A stretch of DNA of 64,000 nt from a virus. Below, in pieces: positions 27,729 to 38,261 of the stretch. The stretch spans positions 1 through 64,000 of IMG/VR virus record IMGVR_UViG_3300035670_000105; one strand, 5' to 3'. The position numbers were made by a program, and so were the translations under genes. The notes under the pieces were generated by a model. That model ran no database searches, was not told the origin of the DNA, and saw only the letters and a program-made list of their open reading frames with translations. Every line of letters starts with the position of its first letter. The stretch's first letter is position 1.

Positions 27729-30251
27729 GTGGGAGAGAGCGTTGGCAGCCAGCCTTTGCTGGCGTTGGTGTCCCTGCATCACGGCCATCACAACAAGTCC
27801 AAGGACTTCCGAACGGCCGATGCCAGTGACACCTGGACCGTCGCGGCCCTGGACTTCGCCGATCTGATCGATCACATCAGCTGCGGCAAGGCGTTCCTCA
27901 ACTGCCAGCTCGACGGCCCTCGCAAGACCGAGAGCTGCCGCGCCTCCAACCTGATCATCCTCGATGTCGATGGCGACATCACCCTTGAGGAGTTCTGGGC
28001 AATCCCCTTTGCCCAGCGCCACTGCGCCTTCACCTACACCAGCTGCTCCCATCTCGATGATGCCAAGCAGCAGAAGCGACAATCACCGACCAACCACAGC
28101 TTCCGCGCCCTTTTCCCGGCCGAGGCGATCGACATCGGTGAGCCGGGCGGGACTGAGCTGTACGCCGAGCGCTACCACCTGCTGCTGGAGCGCCTCGGGC
28201 TGCAGCTGAAGGACACCTCCCCGGCCAAGCCAGCCCAACCCTGGTATGGCAATGACGCCACCCAGGTGCAGCTAGGCCAGGCCGTGCCCCTGGACTGGGA
28301 GTTCACAGCTGATGCGGTGGACCGGGTACGGGCCAAAGCGATGGGCCGCCAGCGATTGCAAGCCGCGGCCGCTGCCAGCTTTGACGATGACGGCCTGGAT
28401 GAGCAGCGCGCCGTCTACCTGCTCGACAACCTGCTGCGGCCCAGCGTCGATGGCGAATTCTCCAGCTACTGGGTGCAGGTGTTCAACGCCTGCGCTGCCA
28501 GTGGCTCGGACGCCGTCCGTGATGCGTTCCTGGCCTGGCACGACCGCGGCCACCACAGCAAGACGCAGAAAGGCGTAGCCCGCCGCTACGACAAGGCGGG
28601 TAGCCGCAGCGGCCTGGGCAAGCTGTTCGCTCTGGCCAAGGAGCAACACGGCAGCAACTGGTACCAGCTGCTGCCCGTGGAGCTGCGGCGCAAGCGCAGC
28701 ACCTCCACCCCCCCAATCACCCTGATGTCCTCCCGCAGTTGGGATGACATCGCCCCACAACAAGACTTCTCCTCCCCCATTCCTGATGCCGTCTCGCCGG
28801 CCCAGCTCCAACGCATCAGCTTCAATCTCAACTCGCAGGCGCTGGGCTCATCCGCTGCAGACGCCCAGACCCGTGAGGCCGTCGATCTACACAATGATCT
28901 GCTCTGGCGCATCTACCGCCTGGAAGTCGAGCTGATCCACCAGAAGGATGGCAGCGAGGAGGCGGTGGATGAAGCAGAAGGCAGCGCCCTGCAAGTCGAA
29001 TACCGCAACGAACTGGCCAACCTCCTACCGCTCTACGGCCGGGAGAGCTGGCGCATCGACCAGGCCCTGCTGGACATCTTCAAGCGCGAGCACAACCTGG
29101 GCGGTCGCACCAAGCGGGACATCAAACCCCAGAAGCTCAGCGATCACATCCTGGAAGAAGCGGAGTGGCTCCTGCCGGATCTGATGATGCCCGGCCGCAG
29201 CTACATGCTCTACGGCCTGACGGGCACAGGCAAGTCCACGATGGCGCTGATGCTCGCCCGCGTGATCACCGGCACCCCGGATCACGCCGCTTTCCTCGAC
29301 TGCAATCCTGTCCCCGGTGAGATCTTCGGCACCCGTCGCGTGCTCTATGTCGCCAGTGATGGCGGTGATGGAGCCATCACGGATCTCAAGACTTACGCCA
29401 AGCGCCACAAGATGGATCAGGCGCAGTGGTGCGAGGACTACCTGCGCGTCATCGGGGAGAGCACCTGCAATAACGCCACCCCATGGAAGATGAATCTCTA
29501 TGAGATGCATCGCCTGGCCGAAATCCTAGAGGAAGCCGCGGCCGAAGGGGTGCCTTACGCCCTGGTGATCTTCGACTCACTAAAGGCAATCTGCCCGCGC
29601 AACGTGCGTGTTGGCGATCAGATCATCACGGACTACATCGAGATCCTGACCAAGATCTGCTCCTCCCGCGGGGCGGCGTCGCTGTTCATTCACCACCAGG
29701 CCAAGGACACCCCGACATTCCAGGGAGCATCAGGCATTGGCGAGATGATCAGTGGCATTTTCTCCATCAAGAAGAAGGATGAGCAACACCACTTTTGTAT
29801 CGAGAAAACCCGTGTGAGTCTACGCGGAAATCGAGAGATCCCGTACACCATCAAGGACGGCAGGCTTGTACAGCTCAACCACTTTGAAGGTGATGATCAC
29901 AGCACTGATGAAGGCAAGATTCTCGCCATCTTGCAAGAGCACTATGAGCGCCATCGTAGCCGCGTCGCCCACCTCGATGTCACCGATGAGCTACGCAACT
30001 ACGCCGGCATCAGCCGCGATGACCTGCGCATCATGCTCAACCAGCGTGGCGGCAATGGCAAGAGGATCTTCACGAGGCCAGGGCGCAACGACCTTCTCAA
30101 GGAGATGGAGTTAACAGGCGCCATCCGCGAACTAACCCACAAGAAGTTCAAGAACTACGCCATCGCCAGTGCCAAAGGTTTCTGCGCTGACACCACCGAC
30201 CAGCTTCAGATGCCAGCTGACACCGTCGATATTTATCCCGGCTGGGATTGA
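27729..30251 (+). CDS. Primase-helicase fusion (primase domain + PriCT-2-like + AAA_25 ATPase)
   Basis: LDVDG and YTSCSH (primase-like); W..V..A.. PriCT-like segment; Walker A GLTGTGKS; Walker B VIFDSL; IHHQAK. Confidence 0.8.
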   Translation: MGESVGSQPLLALVSLHHGHHNKSKDFRTADASDTWTVAALDFADLIDHISCGKAFLNCQLDGPRKTESCRASNLIILDVDGDITLEEFWAIPFAQRHCAFTYTSCSHLDDAKQQKRQSPTNHSFRALFPAEAIDIGEPGGTELYAERYHLLLERLGLQLKDTSPAKPAQPWYGNDATQVQLGQAVPLDWEFTADAVDRVRAKAMGRQRLQAAAAASFDDDGLDEQRAVYLLDNLLRPSVDGEFSSYWVQVFNACAASGSDAVRDAFLAWHDRGHHSKTQKGVARRYDKAGSRSGLGKLFALAKEQHGSNWYQLLPVELRRKRSTSTPPITLMSSRSWDDIAPQQDFSSPIPDAVSPAQLQRISFNLNSQALGSSAADAQTREAVDLHNDLLWRIYRLEVELIHQKDGSEEAVDEAEGSALQVEYRNELANLLPLYGRESWRIDQALLDIFKREHNLGGRTKRDIKPQKLSDHILEEAEWLLPDLMMPGRSYMLYGLTGTGKSTMALMLARVITGTPDHAAFLDCNPVPGEIFGTRRVLYVASDGGDGAITDLKTYAKRHKMDQAQWCEDYLRVIGESTCNNATPWKMNLYEMHRLAEILEEAAAEGVPYALVIFDSLKAICPRNVRVGDQIITDYIEILTKICSSRGAASLFIHHQAKDTPTFQGASGIGEMISGIFSIKKKDEQHHFCIEKTRVSLRGNREIPYTIKDGRLVQLNHFEGDDHSTDEGKILAILQEHYERHRSRVAHLDVTDELRNYAGISRDDLRIMLNQRGGNGKRIFTRPGRNDLLKEMELTGAIRELTHKKFKNYAIASAKGFCADTTDQLQMPADTVDIYPGWD

Positions 30252-30799
30252 TCACCCGCTTCATTTCCTGCTTCTTCAATTCTTTCATTGGTGATCTATA
30301 GATCATTCGATCTATAGATACACCTTCTTCCTTGCTACTTTGGAGACATTGCTCCGAGACATAGCCATACGCCTCCGGCTGGATCTTAGGGCATGCCGCA
30401 ACCGCTGTTTGACTGGCTCCAGTCTCAGGCAATGCCATAACGCAGGGGTTCAACAGCTCGGCGTCCCTGTGGCTGCAGGCCATTCCAATGTTCACTGCAT
30501 CGGTATCAAGCTGAGACAACCCGGTGAGATCCCAGTCATTGCAATGGATCTCACGGTTCATTGCATCGAGCCTCGCTTTCCGTGTTTGCCTAGATTCCAG
30601 TGTTTGCAAGGGATCTGCAACGATGCTGCATCGCAGGGGGCCTCGTGATGTGCGCGCATGCATGCGCGATCTATCTATGCATTCAAAATCACGCCCCTGA
30701 ATCACAGTTTGTGAAGCACTCGACAGGGACGCCCTGTTCACCCGGGTTGCACAAGCAGTCGAATCCCCCTACGCTCTGGACTGTCGTTGCCCCTGTCCC

Positions 30800-31444
30800 A
30801 TGCGCGAGGTGTTCGGTGACGCCCGACTCGTCACCACCGCCGATGGCTTTGCCCTGGAGGCTCTGGGGCTGCATCGCCCCGCCACGCTGATCGCCTCCAC
30901 CGCTGGCCACGCAGTCCCCGACCTGACGGATTACCTCGGCCGCGTTGTCAGCTTCGTCGGCGCCCTGGAGGCTCCAGGCGAGAACCTGGAGATCCTGCGC
31001 GTCCACGCCAACGAACTGCATCTGGCCCCAGCCGCGGCGGAAGACCCCACCCCCTCGCCTCTGTGGGCCGTCACCTCTGGCAACCTCGGCCGTGATGGCG
31101 ACACCGACAAAGCCGCGGCCTACAACCCCAAGGGTGATCGGGTGACGGCATCGCTGGCCTACGCCAAGAACGACACCCGCACCTCCTGGCTGCGCATCAG
31201 CTGCTACGCCTACTACGCCGCCGCTCCCCTGCTGGCCGAGCTGGAGGCAGGCAGTGCCATCACCACCTACGGCGCCCTGGAGAGCTACGACTACAACGGC
31301 AAGCCTCGCCTGCAGCTGGCCCTGCGCGGCTTCCAGCTCAGCCGCACCGGTGGCACCGCTCGCCCCACGCCAATCACCCTGATGTCCTCGCGCAGCCGGG
31401 ATGACATCGCTCCGCAAACCGACGCTTTCACCTCAGCGGGATGA
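30800..31444 (+). CDS. ssb: OB-fold single-stranded DNA-binding protein
   Basis: GNLGRD, TSWLRISCY, L..GSAITTYGALE.YDYNGKPR. Confidence 0.7.
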   Translation: MREVFGDARLVTTADGFALEALGLHRPATLIASTAGHAVPDLTDYLGRVVSFVGALEAPGENLEILRVHANELHLAPAAAEDPTPSPLWAVTSGNLGRDGDTDKAAAYNPKGDRVTASLAYAKNDTRTSWLRISCYAYYAAAPLLAELEAGSAITTYGALESYDYNGKPRLQLALRGFQLSRTGGTARPTPITLMSSRSRDDIAPQTDAFTSAG

Positions 31445-31448
31445 ACAC

Positions 31449-31999
31449 ATGGATTGGACAGTCGACAACAACGGCAACGAATGCGGTAACTGCCTTTGGT
31501 TCCAGGAAACCGAGGCCAAAGAAGGCTTCTGCTACTACGAGCCGCCTCAAGTCTTTGCCGTTTACGACCGCAAAACCAAGCGGATTGAGCGCGTTACATG
31601 CCGGCCCGAAGCCTATGCCCGCTCCATCTGCAGCAAACACACGCCCATCCCAGGCGTGACCCCCACCCCTACCCCCTGACTCCCGTGAAGACCGCTGAGT
31701 TTCAACTGGGCATGCGCGTTCGCCGCCGCACCGACGAGTCCGCTTTCGTCCGTGATCGCCGCGATCATCCCAAGCTCAAAGGGCGTCGCCCTGGCATCGT
31801 CGTCGGCATGCCCGAGCGACTCGGGGAGCGGCACACCTCTGTTGCCATCCAGTGGGAAGGCAGCACCCGCGTTGACCATGTCATCATCCACCGGCTGGAA
31901 CCACTGCCCAAGAAAGACCAGCCCATCGCCCTCGGCGGCACCTGGCAGGCGGAGCCCGGCACCATGCTCGCCAAGGCCAAGACCATACCCTCAGCCTGA
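31449..31999 (+). CDS. Two small genes: Cys-rich 31449..31679 and SH3/Tudor-like 31685..31999
   Basis: CGNC...C...PP...C...C; FQLGMRVR...GIVV...IQWEG. Confidence 0.55.
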
Positions 32000-32016
32000 C
32001 TCGTCCACGGCCGGCC

Positions 32017-32964
32017 ATGGCATTTGATGCCTCCAGGATTCCCGCAGACCAGATCAAGAAGGCGCGGGAAGCCTATGGCGGAATGATTCAGGGGCGGCCC
32101 ACTGCTAGTGGCATCACCGACGCCGGGGGCGCTGTTGATCCTTTTGACAAGCAACACGACGGCAGCTATGCGGTCAACCCCTGGACCCACAACTTCAACA
32201 CAGACCCCAACCGAGGGAACGTGGCGATCACCAACTACAAGGGTGAAACCGAGTCCGTTCCGTTCTGGCAAGCTGATCGCCGGTTCTCCGCTGACCTCGG
32301 CCTCACCGGCTTTGAAGACATCACCAACCAGCTCAACGAACTGACAGCTCGCTTCTCGGACAGCCTATACCGGCAGACGAAATACGGCTACCAGAATCTC
32401 GCCGAACAGACCGACTCCAAGTTCATCCCGATGAAGCACGGCAAGAACGACCGCAAGCAACGCTGGGGCTGAATCCAACGCGCATCGCCGCAGATTCTCC
32501 TTACCCCTGCTTCAGGTTGATGCACCTCCATGTCCCGCGATCACCTGGCCGCTGCACTCTTCGGGCTGCCCCAATCCCCCAGTGAAAGCCAGAAGCGTTT
32601 CGCTGCTGCCGCGGCCACTCTGATCCTCAAGGATCTGATCACCCAATGCGCCAAGCATGCGTCCCGGGAGGGCCCCGGCGCCCTTGTCGTCGCCATCGCT
32701 GAGAACCGCAAGGAACGCAGCACCTGGGCCACCTCCCACACCCTGCACCACAACCTCGCCATCGCCGAGGAGCTGAACGACACCGCCATGGCTGATGTCC
32801 ATCGGCGGCTGCTGGAGCGCCTTGGCTGCATCGACACCAGCACCACGGCCCTGCTGCTGTTGCTGGAGCGCGATGGCGATGGCCACGGCACCGCTCGCGT
32901 CTACGAGCTGGACATCGACCGCGATCCCGCTGCCGCTGCTGCCGCCATTCGGGAGATCGGCTAA
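32017..32964 (+). CDS. Two hypothetical genes (32017..32472, 32530..32964)
   Basis: Preceded by TACCCT and TACCCC at 25 and 22 nt, respectively. Confidence 0.6.
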
Positions 32965-33656
32965 TGGCTCTCCGCGTTCGCCCCGCCGGCCGCTGCCGCG
33001 GCCACCTGCCTGATCCCGATGGCACCGTCCTCATCCCGCCCGAGGACTACATCGCCGCTGTTCGCAAGACCCTCGGCTGGATCGATCTCGACCCCTGCTC
33101 CACCGCCATCGCCCAGCAGTCCATCGACGCGATGGGCTGGTATCGAGCCGAGGACGCAGAGGCCGCACTCGCCGAACCCTGGGCCGGCCGCGTCTTCCTC
33201 CACCCCCACCCTGACGGCATCATCGCCCGCTACCAGCTGCAGAAGCTGCTGCGGGACTACCTCGCGGATCGCGTCACCGCCGCTGTCCTCCTGCTTGGCA
33301 AGTCCGACTGGCTTCGCTCCGAGCCGCTGCTGCTCTCCTTCCCGTTCCTTTTTCACTACCGCCGCCTCACCCACTGGCGCTGGCTCACCGCAACCCAGGA
33401 GCTGGTGCGCATCAACCCCTCCTTCAACTCCGTCTCCCTCTACCTGCCGGCCAAGGCGAACGGCACCCATTTCGATGACGACGCCCTCGCCCGTTTCCTC
33501 GATGCCTTCTCACCCTTTGGCCGTGTCCTGCTGACAGAAGACCTCGGTGAGGACTGGGAGCAGCACGCCCTGATCGCCACGCGGCGCATGCCCGTGCATC
33601 CCGTCCTCACCACCTCGCGCATCGAGCGGCCCACCATCACCGGAGGCGAGCCATGA
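32964..33656 (+). CDS. Phage N6-adenine DNA methyltransferase-like protein with a degenerate catalytic motif
   Basis: IDLDPCS...AL..PWAGRVFLHPHP (NPPY expected at the last four residues). Confidence 0.6.
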   Translation: MALRVRPAGRCRGHLPDPDGTVLIPPEDYIAAVRKTLGWIDLDPCSTAIAQQSIDAMGWYRAEDAEAALAEPWAGRVFLHPHPDGIIARYQLQKLLRDYLADRVTAAVLLLGKSDWLRSEPLLLSFPFLFHYRRLTHWRWLTATQELVRINPSFNSVSLYLPAKANGTHFDDDALARFLDAFSPFGRVLLTEDLGEDWEQHALIATRRMPVHPVLTTSRIERPTITGGEP

Positions 33657-34659
33657 CCGCTCGCGCCCCGTACTGCACCATCACCGGCCGCGTCATCAAT
33701 GGCGGCTGCAGTGGCGTTGCCCTTCTCAATGGCCACCCCCGCTGCCGCATCCCTGTCCTGACAGCCGGTGCACCATCGATTCAGACCGAAAGCGGCTGGC
33801 TCAGACCCGAACGCTCCCTCGTCTACGACAACCCCACCCTCCTACTCCATCACGCCGCAGCCACCCACCCAACCGTCATCCTCACCAAGGCGCAGCTGGC
33901 TGGCTTCTCCAAGACCGCCACCCGCCTCATCGCCCTTCTGCGCCCCTACCCCTGGGCCATCCCCCAGCCCCTCGACTGGCCCGAACCTGAACTCCTCCTC
34001 TTCTCCACCATCAACAACCCCCTGCTCTTCGATCTCATCCTCCTCAAGCGGCAGCTGCAGCAAGTTGAAAAGCTCCAGCTCCATACCCTCAGCGGCAGCT
34101 CATTCCTCGCCTACCGGCGTTGCTGATCTCCATGTCTGACTGGTCAGACCCCCTCTGGCATCAGCTCTACACCTCCCCCCATCAGCAGGCGATCCTCTCC
34201 GCACCCACCCCGCCCCAATCCCCCGACCCCGCCTACATCCAGATCCTCCAGCAGGCCGCCCAGCAGGCCGTCCCCCTGGAGGCCATCACCTTGACGGGGA
34301 TCGATGAAACCGCTCGCGCCCTCGATTGACCCATGAGCTTTCGCGCTTCTGCCGGTGCCCGGCCCTTCGGCCGCGCTGCCCTCAGCGGCGGCAAGCGCGG
34401 ACGCCCCACCGCCAATGCCACCTTCCAGTTCGCCGGCAGCGCTGAGCGCCTCAGCCCCCAGGCCCAGCGACTCATCGCCTCCCAGCGCTGGAATGAACAA
34501 CGCGGACGGGAGAAACCGGAAACCGCTCCCCAGAACCGCTCCATCTCCTCCGGCGCAGAGATCTCCGCCAGCCGCGGCACCTACCGCAGTGAACGCCGCT
34601 TCGCTGGTGAACAAACACCCTTCTCCACCGGCTCTGCCGCTGCCAATCCCTTCTCCTGA
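33653..34659 (+). CDS. Three hypothetical genes (33653..34126, 34132..34329, 34333..34659)
   Basis: Contiguous, translationally coupled ORFs. Confidence 0.5.
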
Positions 34660-34663
34660 TTCC

Positions 34664-35245
34664 ATGCTCAAGAACGACACCTGGATCCGCGAGCAAGCTG
34701 AACGGGGCATGATCGCCCCCTTTACCCCTGAACTCATCCGCCGCGTCGACAATCACGCCGTCATCTCCTACGGCCTGTCATCCTTCGGCTATGACCTCCG
34801 CCTCTCCTCTGATCAGTTCCTGATCTTCCGCCACATCCCCGGCACCGTCATCGACCCCAAGGCGTTCAACTCCGCCAACCTGGAGCGCGCCGTCTTGCAT
34901 CACGACAGCAACGGCAGCTTCTTCATCCTTCCGGCCCACTCCTATGGCCTGGGCGTAGCACTGGAGCGACTGGAAATCCCCAACGACATCACCTGCCAAT
35001 TCATCGGCAAGTCCACCTACGCCCGTTGCGGACTCATCGCTAATCTCACGCCCGGCGAAGCCGGCTGGCGCGGACATCTCACCCTGGAGTTTTCCAACTC
35101 CTCCAGTGCTGACTGCCGCATCTACGCCAACGAAGGCATCGTCCAGGCGCTGTTCCTGGAAGGCGAGGCCTGCGCTACCTCCTACGAGGACCGCCAGGGC
35201 AAGTACCAGGATCAACCTGCAGCCGTCACCCTCGCCCGCGTCTAG
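34664..35245 (+). CDS. dcd: dCTP deaminase
   Basis: MLKNDTWI, SYGLSSFGYDLRL, GKSTYARCG, PGEAGWRGHLTLE, YANEGIVQ, KYQDQ. Confidence 0.95.
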   Translation: MLKNDTWIREQAERGMIAPFTPELIRRVDNHAVISYGLSSFGYDLRLSSDQFLIFRHIPGTVIDPKAFNSANLERAVLHHDSNGSFFILPAHSYGLGVALERLEIPNDITCQFIGKSTYARCGLIANLTPGEAGWRGHLTLEFSNSSSADCRIYANEGIVQALFLEGEACATSYEDRQGKYQDQPAAVTLARV

Positions 35246-36552
35246 GCAGCTTCCGCTCCTTCACCTCCTCCAGCTCCTTCGCCATCCACGCCGCGCTGCG
35301 CAGAATGCTGCTTAACGGCTGGGCTTTCAAGTCCCGCTCGTGGCAGTAGCGCAGCGCAATGCGGATCCCCTCGGCAGCATTGCCATTGCCAATCACCCGC
35401 GCTGCTTCCATCTCCTGCTTCGTCATCCGCAGCGTGTACGACACGCCGCTGGGAATGGGTACGCCTCTGGCCATCACTCCGCCCTGCTGAACACCTTGCT
35501 GCTGGTGTGCAGCTGCGGCACTCGCCACACCACCCCATCGCCATCGATCAGATGCAGATGGGGGCAGCCCAGCCACAGCTCGCCGCCCACCACCTTCAAC
35601 GGCTCGGCATGTCCCAGTGCATGCACGGTCCGGCCCAGCTGCCAGCGCCACGGATGAACCACATCATGGCCTGGTGTCTCCGCAATCCGCTGCCGCTTGC
35701 TGCGTTGTGCCATGGCTCTCGTCCTCCAGAAGTGGTGATTGATCGGTGCATTCCGGCCGTGTCGCCGGTGGCCCGCGGAGGGCCTCCGCTGTGACGACCA
35801 CCTGCTGGGCCTCCAGTTCATCCGCGACGGCACGCAACGCCGCGGCCATCCGCTCACTGCTCGACAACGGAAGGGCGCCATGCTGCAACCCCCAGTAGGC
35901 CTGTAGTGCTGCACTCAGCACCTCCTGGTGCCGCAGGTAGGCGGTGCTCACAGCAACTCCTCCTTGAACGGCCCATCGGCCAGGTACACCTGCTCGATCC
36001 CGTCCGCGTCAAACCCGTAGCGCACCACCGCGTCAGGGCAGCACACCTCCTCCACTTGGGCCGTGTACCAGTGATGCAGGCAACGGCCGCAGCGGCGGCG
36101 GCGGATGATCACGCCTTCGCGACTGATCCGCCGCTTCAGCACCTTCCCCTTGCCGCCGCACTTCGGGCAGCTCACTTCTACGTTCATGGCGTCAACTTCG
36201 GGCTGAATGGACCGACCTTGGAGCGCCACACCGCCACCGGCCGGCGATGGCAGGCGCGGCGAAAACTGCGGCGGTACATCCCCGTCCACTCGATCAATCC
36301 TTCCCGTGCCGCCTGGCGCACAATCGCCCCCATCGCCCGTGGCTCCGGTGTGCTCACGCCGATCTCGCCGAGCCGAAACCAGATGTCATCAGTGGAGAAC
36401 TCACTGCGCTGCAGTGCCAGGGAACGCAGCACGCCAGCAGCGGCGTCCTTCCATTGCGGATCAGCGCCGCGTTCGGCCGCGTCAATCGCAGACTGGACGG
36501 CTTCGTCCATCCCCTGTGTCGCCCGGGACTGGAGACTGATCGACGGTTCCAT
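35226..36552 (-). CDS. Cluster of small genes (35226..35474, 35474..35713, 35664..35951, 35948..36187 NrdR-like Zn ribbon, 36184..36552)
   Basis: Overlapping start/stop codons; CPKC...RRRRCGRC..WYT in 35948..36187. Confidence 0.55.
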
Positions 36553-37161
36553 TCAGCCCTCCAGCTGCCGCACCAGCTGCCGCGCCTGCAAGGCCAGATC
36601 GGCGATGCTCCCGCCATTCCAGATGTCGGCATCGAACCGCCACTGCGCCAGGCCGCCTTCAGAGGCGTGGGCCAGCACCGTGTCATCCGTCACGCCAGTC
36701 GGCCGGCGGATCTGCACCATCACCCCACCAGGCAGCGTCTCGATCAGCGCTGCTTCATTGGGGAAGCGAACGTCATCAGCGACGACGGATGTGCCTTCGC
36801 CCAGGAGGCGCTCCACCTGGCCTTGCCAGCAGCGCAGCCACAGCTCGGGATGCACCTGCTGCCTCCCCCATTCCGTGCCCAATGTCTGCAGCAGATGCCG
36901 CGGCGTGACGCCATCGAGCGCATCGAGCGGCACCTCCTTGCGCACGCTCAGCAGCTCATCGATCAGCTCATCGGCGTAGCCCACCGCCTGCAGCAGCAGC
37001 CGTGCCATGGCCTTCAGGGTGCCGGCGAATGGCACCCGCACAAAGCCGTCCTCCACCAAAGCCTGGGCGAAGGTGCTCTTGCCGCTGCCGGGCACCGGCG
37101 AGTAGAGCCCGAGCACCAGTGGGCGGCTGCGCTCGGGATAGGGCGGGAGGGCCATCACCAT
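36553..37161 (-). CDS. Deoxynucleoside monophosphate kinase
   Basis: P-loop GSGKST, FAGTLK, PRHLLQTLGTEWGR, DDVRFPNEA, HASE. Confidence 0.9.
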   Translation of the reverse strand: MVMALPPYPERSRPLVLGLYSPVPGSGKSTFAQALVEDGFVRVPFAGTLKAMARLLLQAVGYADELIDELLSVRKEVPLDALDGVTPRHLLQTLGTEWGRQQVHPELWLRCWQGQVERLLGEGTSVVADDVRFPNEAALIETLPGGVMVQIRRPTGVTDDTVLAHASEGGLAQWRFDADIWNGGSIADLALQARQLVRQLEG

Positions 37162-38029
37162 GGCTCCCCCGCGCCCGCCAGGGCCTCCTCGATGGTGAGC
37201 TGCCGGCGCTGCTGCTGAACGGCCTGCTCCTCCTCCGCCAGTGCCTTGGCCTCTGCCTCAGTCTGCAGTTGGGTGATGGCCATCCGCTCGGCCGCGGCCA
37301 CCACATCGCCAAGGAAATGCGGTGCCAATGCCAGCGCTGGACCGCTTCCCATCTCGATTTCCATCACCGTGAATGCCGTCGAGTACATCCGCACGATCTC
37401 GGTTGCCGCGCTCTGGAACTGGCGCGCAAAAGCGTCATCCGTCATTGGCCGCCAGGGGGTTGCTGGAACGCGCCGGCCATCGCTTGCCGCTGCCGCCGGG
37501 CGAACTCCTCCTGGGCGTTGCGCGCTGCGCTGAACAGCTCAGCCGGCGATGCAGATGCCGCCTGCTGCGGTGTCATCCCGAAAGCAGGTTGGGCAGTGGC
37601 CATCACCGGGTAGCCAACTGGCATCACCGGCGGCGTGGCCACCCGCTGCCGCAGCTCATTCACCTCAGCCGCAGCGCGGGAGGCGAAGGTTTCCAGCTGC
37701 TCCAGCTGAGCCACCATCCTCTTGGCCGCCTCCGCCTGCCGGGCCTGGAGGTGGCCGAACTCCTTCAGCGCCGCCTCCTGCTCAGTCGATGCGCTGCGCA
37801 GCGCGTCGACATCAACGCAGAGTTGATCAAGTCGCCGGTCCTGGCTGTCGACCTGCTGCTTCAAGGCCGCATGCCCAGCCCCGAAGCGCTCCAGGGAGGC
37901 CTGGCCCACCACCGAATCCGTGGCGAGTTGCTGGCGCAGCTCGCTCACATCGCGGCGGCCGATCATCACCCCACCACCGAGGGCGCCGCCGCCAAGGACA
38001 AGGCCTAATGCAAACGCAAGTGGATCCAC
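37155..38029 (-). CDS. Two hypothetical genes (37155..37445; 37442..38029 membrane-anchored coiled coil)
   Basis: Coupled ORFs; N-terminal TM helix in the second. Confidence 0.55.
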
Positions 38030-38261
38030 ACCGTCAGTTGAAGACTGCGTGAACTGTAGTCCGAACAGGCAAGCCTGCCAGCCTACACAGCAACTTCACT
38101 GCGAACCTTGGCCGATGGCGGCTGCTTCCAGGCCTCGGTTGACACCAGCCGCCGCAGATCCGGCCCCTCATCCGGGTTGCCGTCATGGCCGAACGCCTCA
38201 CCGGCAAAGCGCGGCACATAGCGCCGGCGAGCCCCCCTGTTCGCGGACTGCTGCTGCTTCA

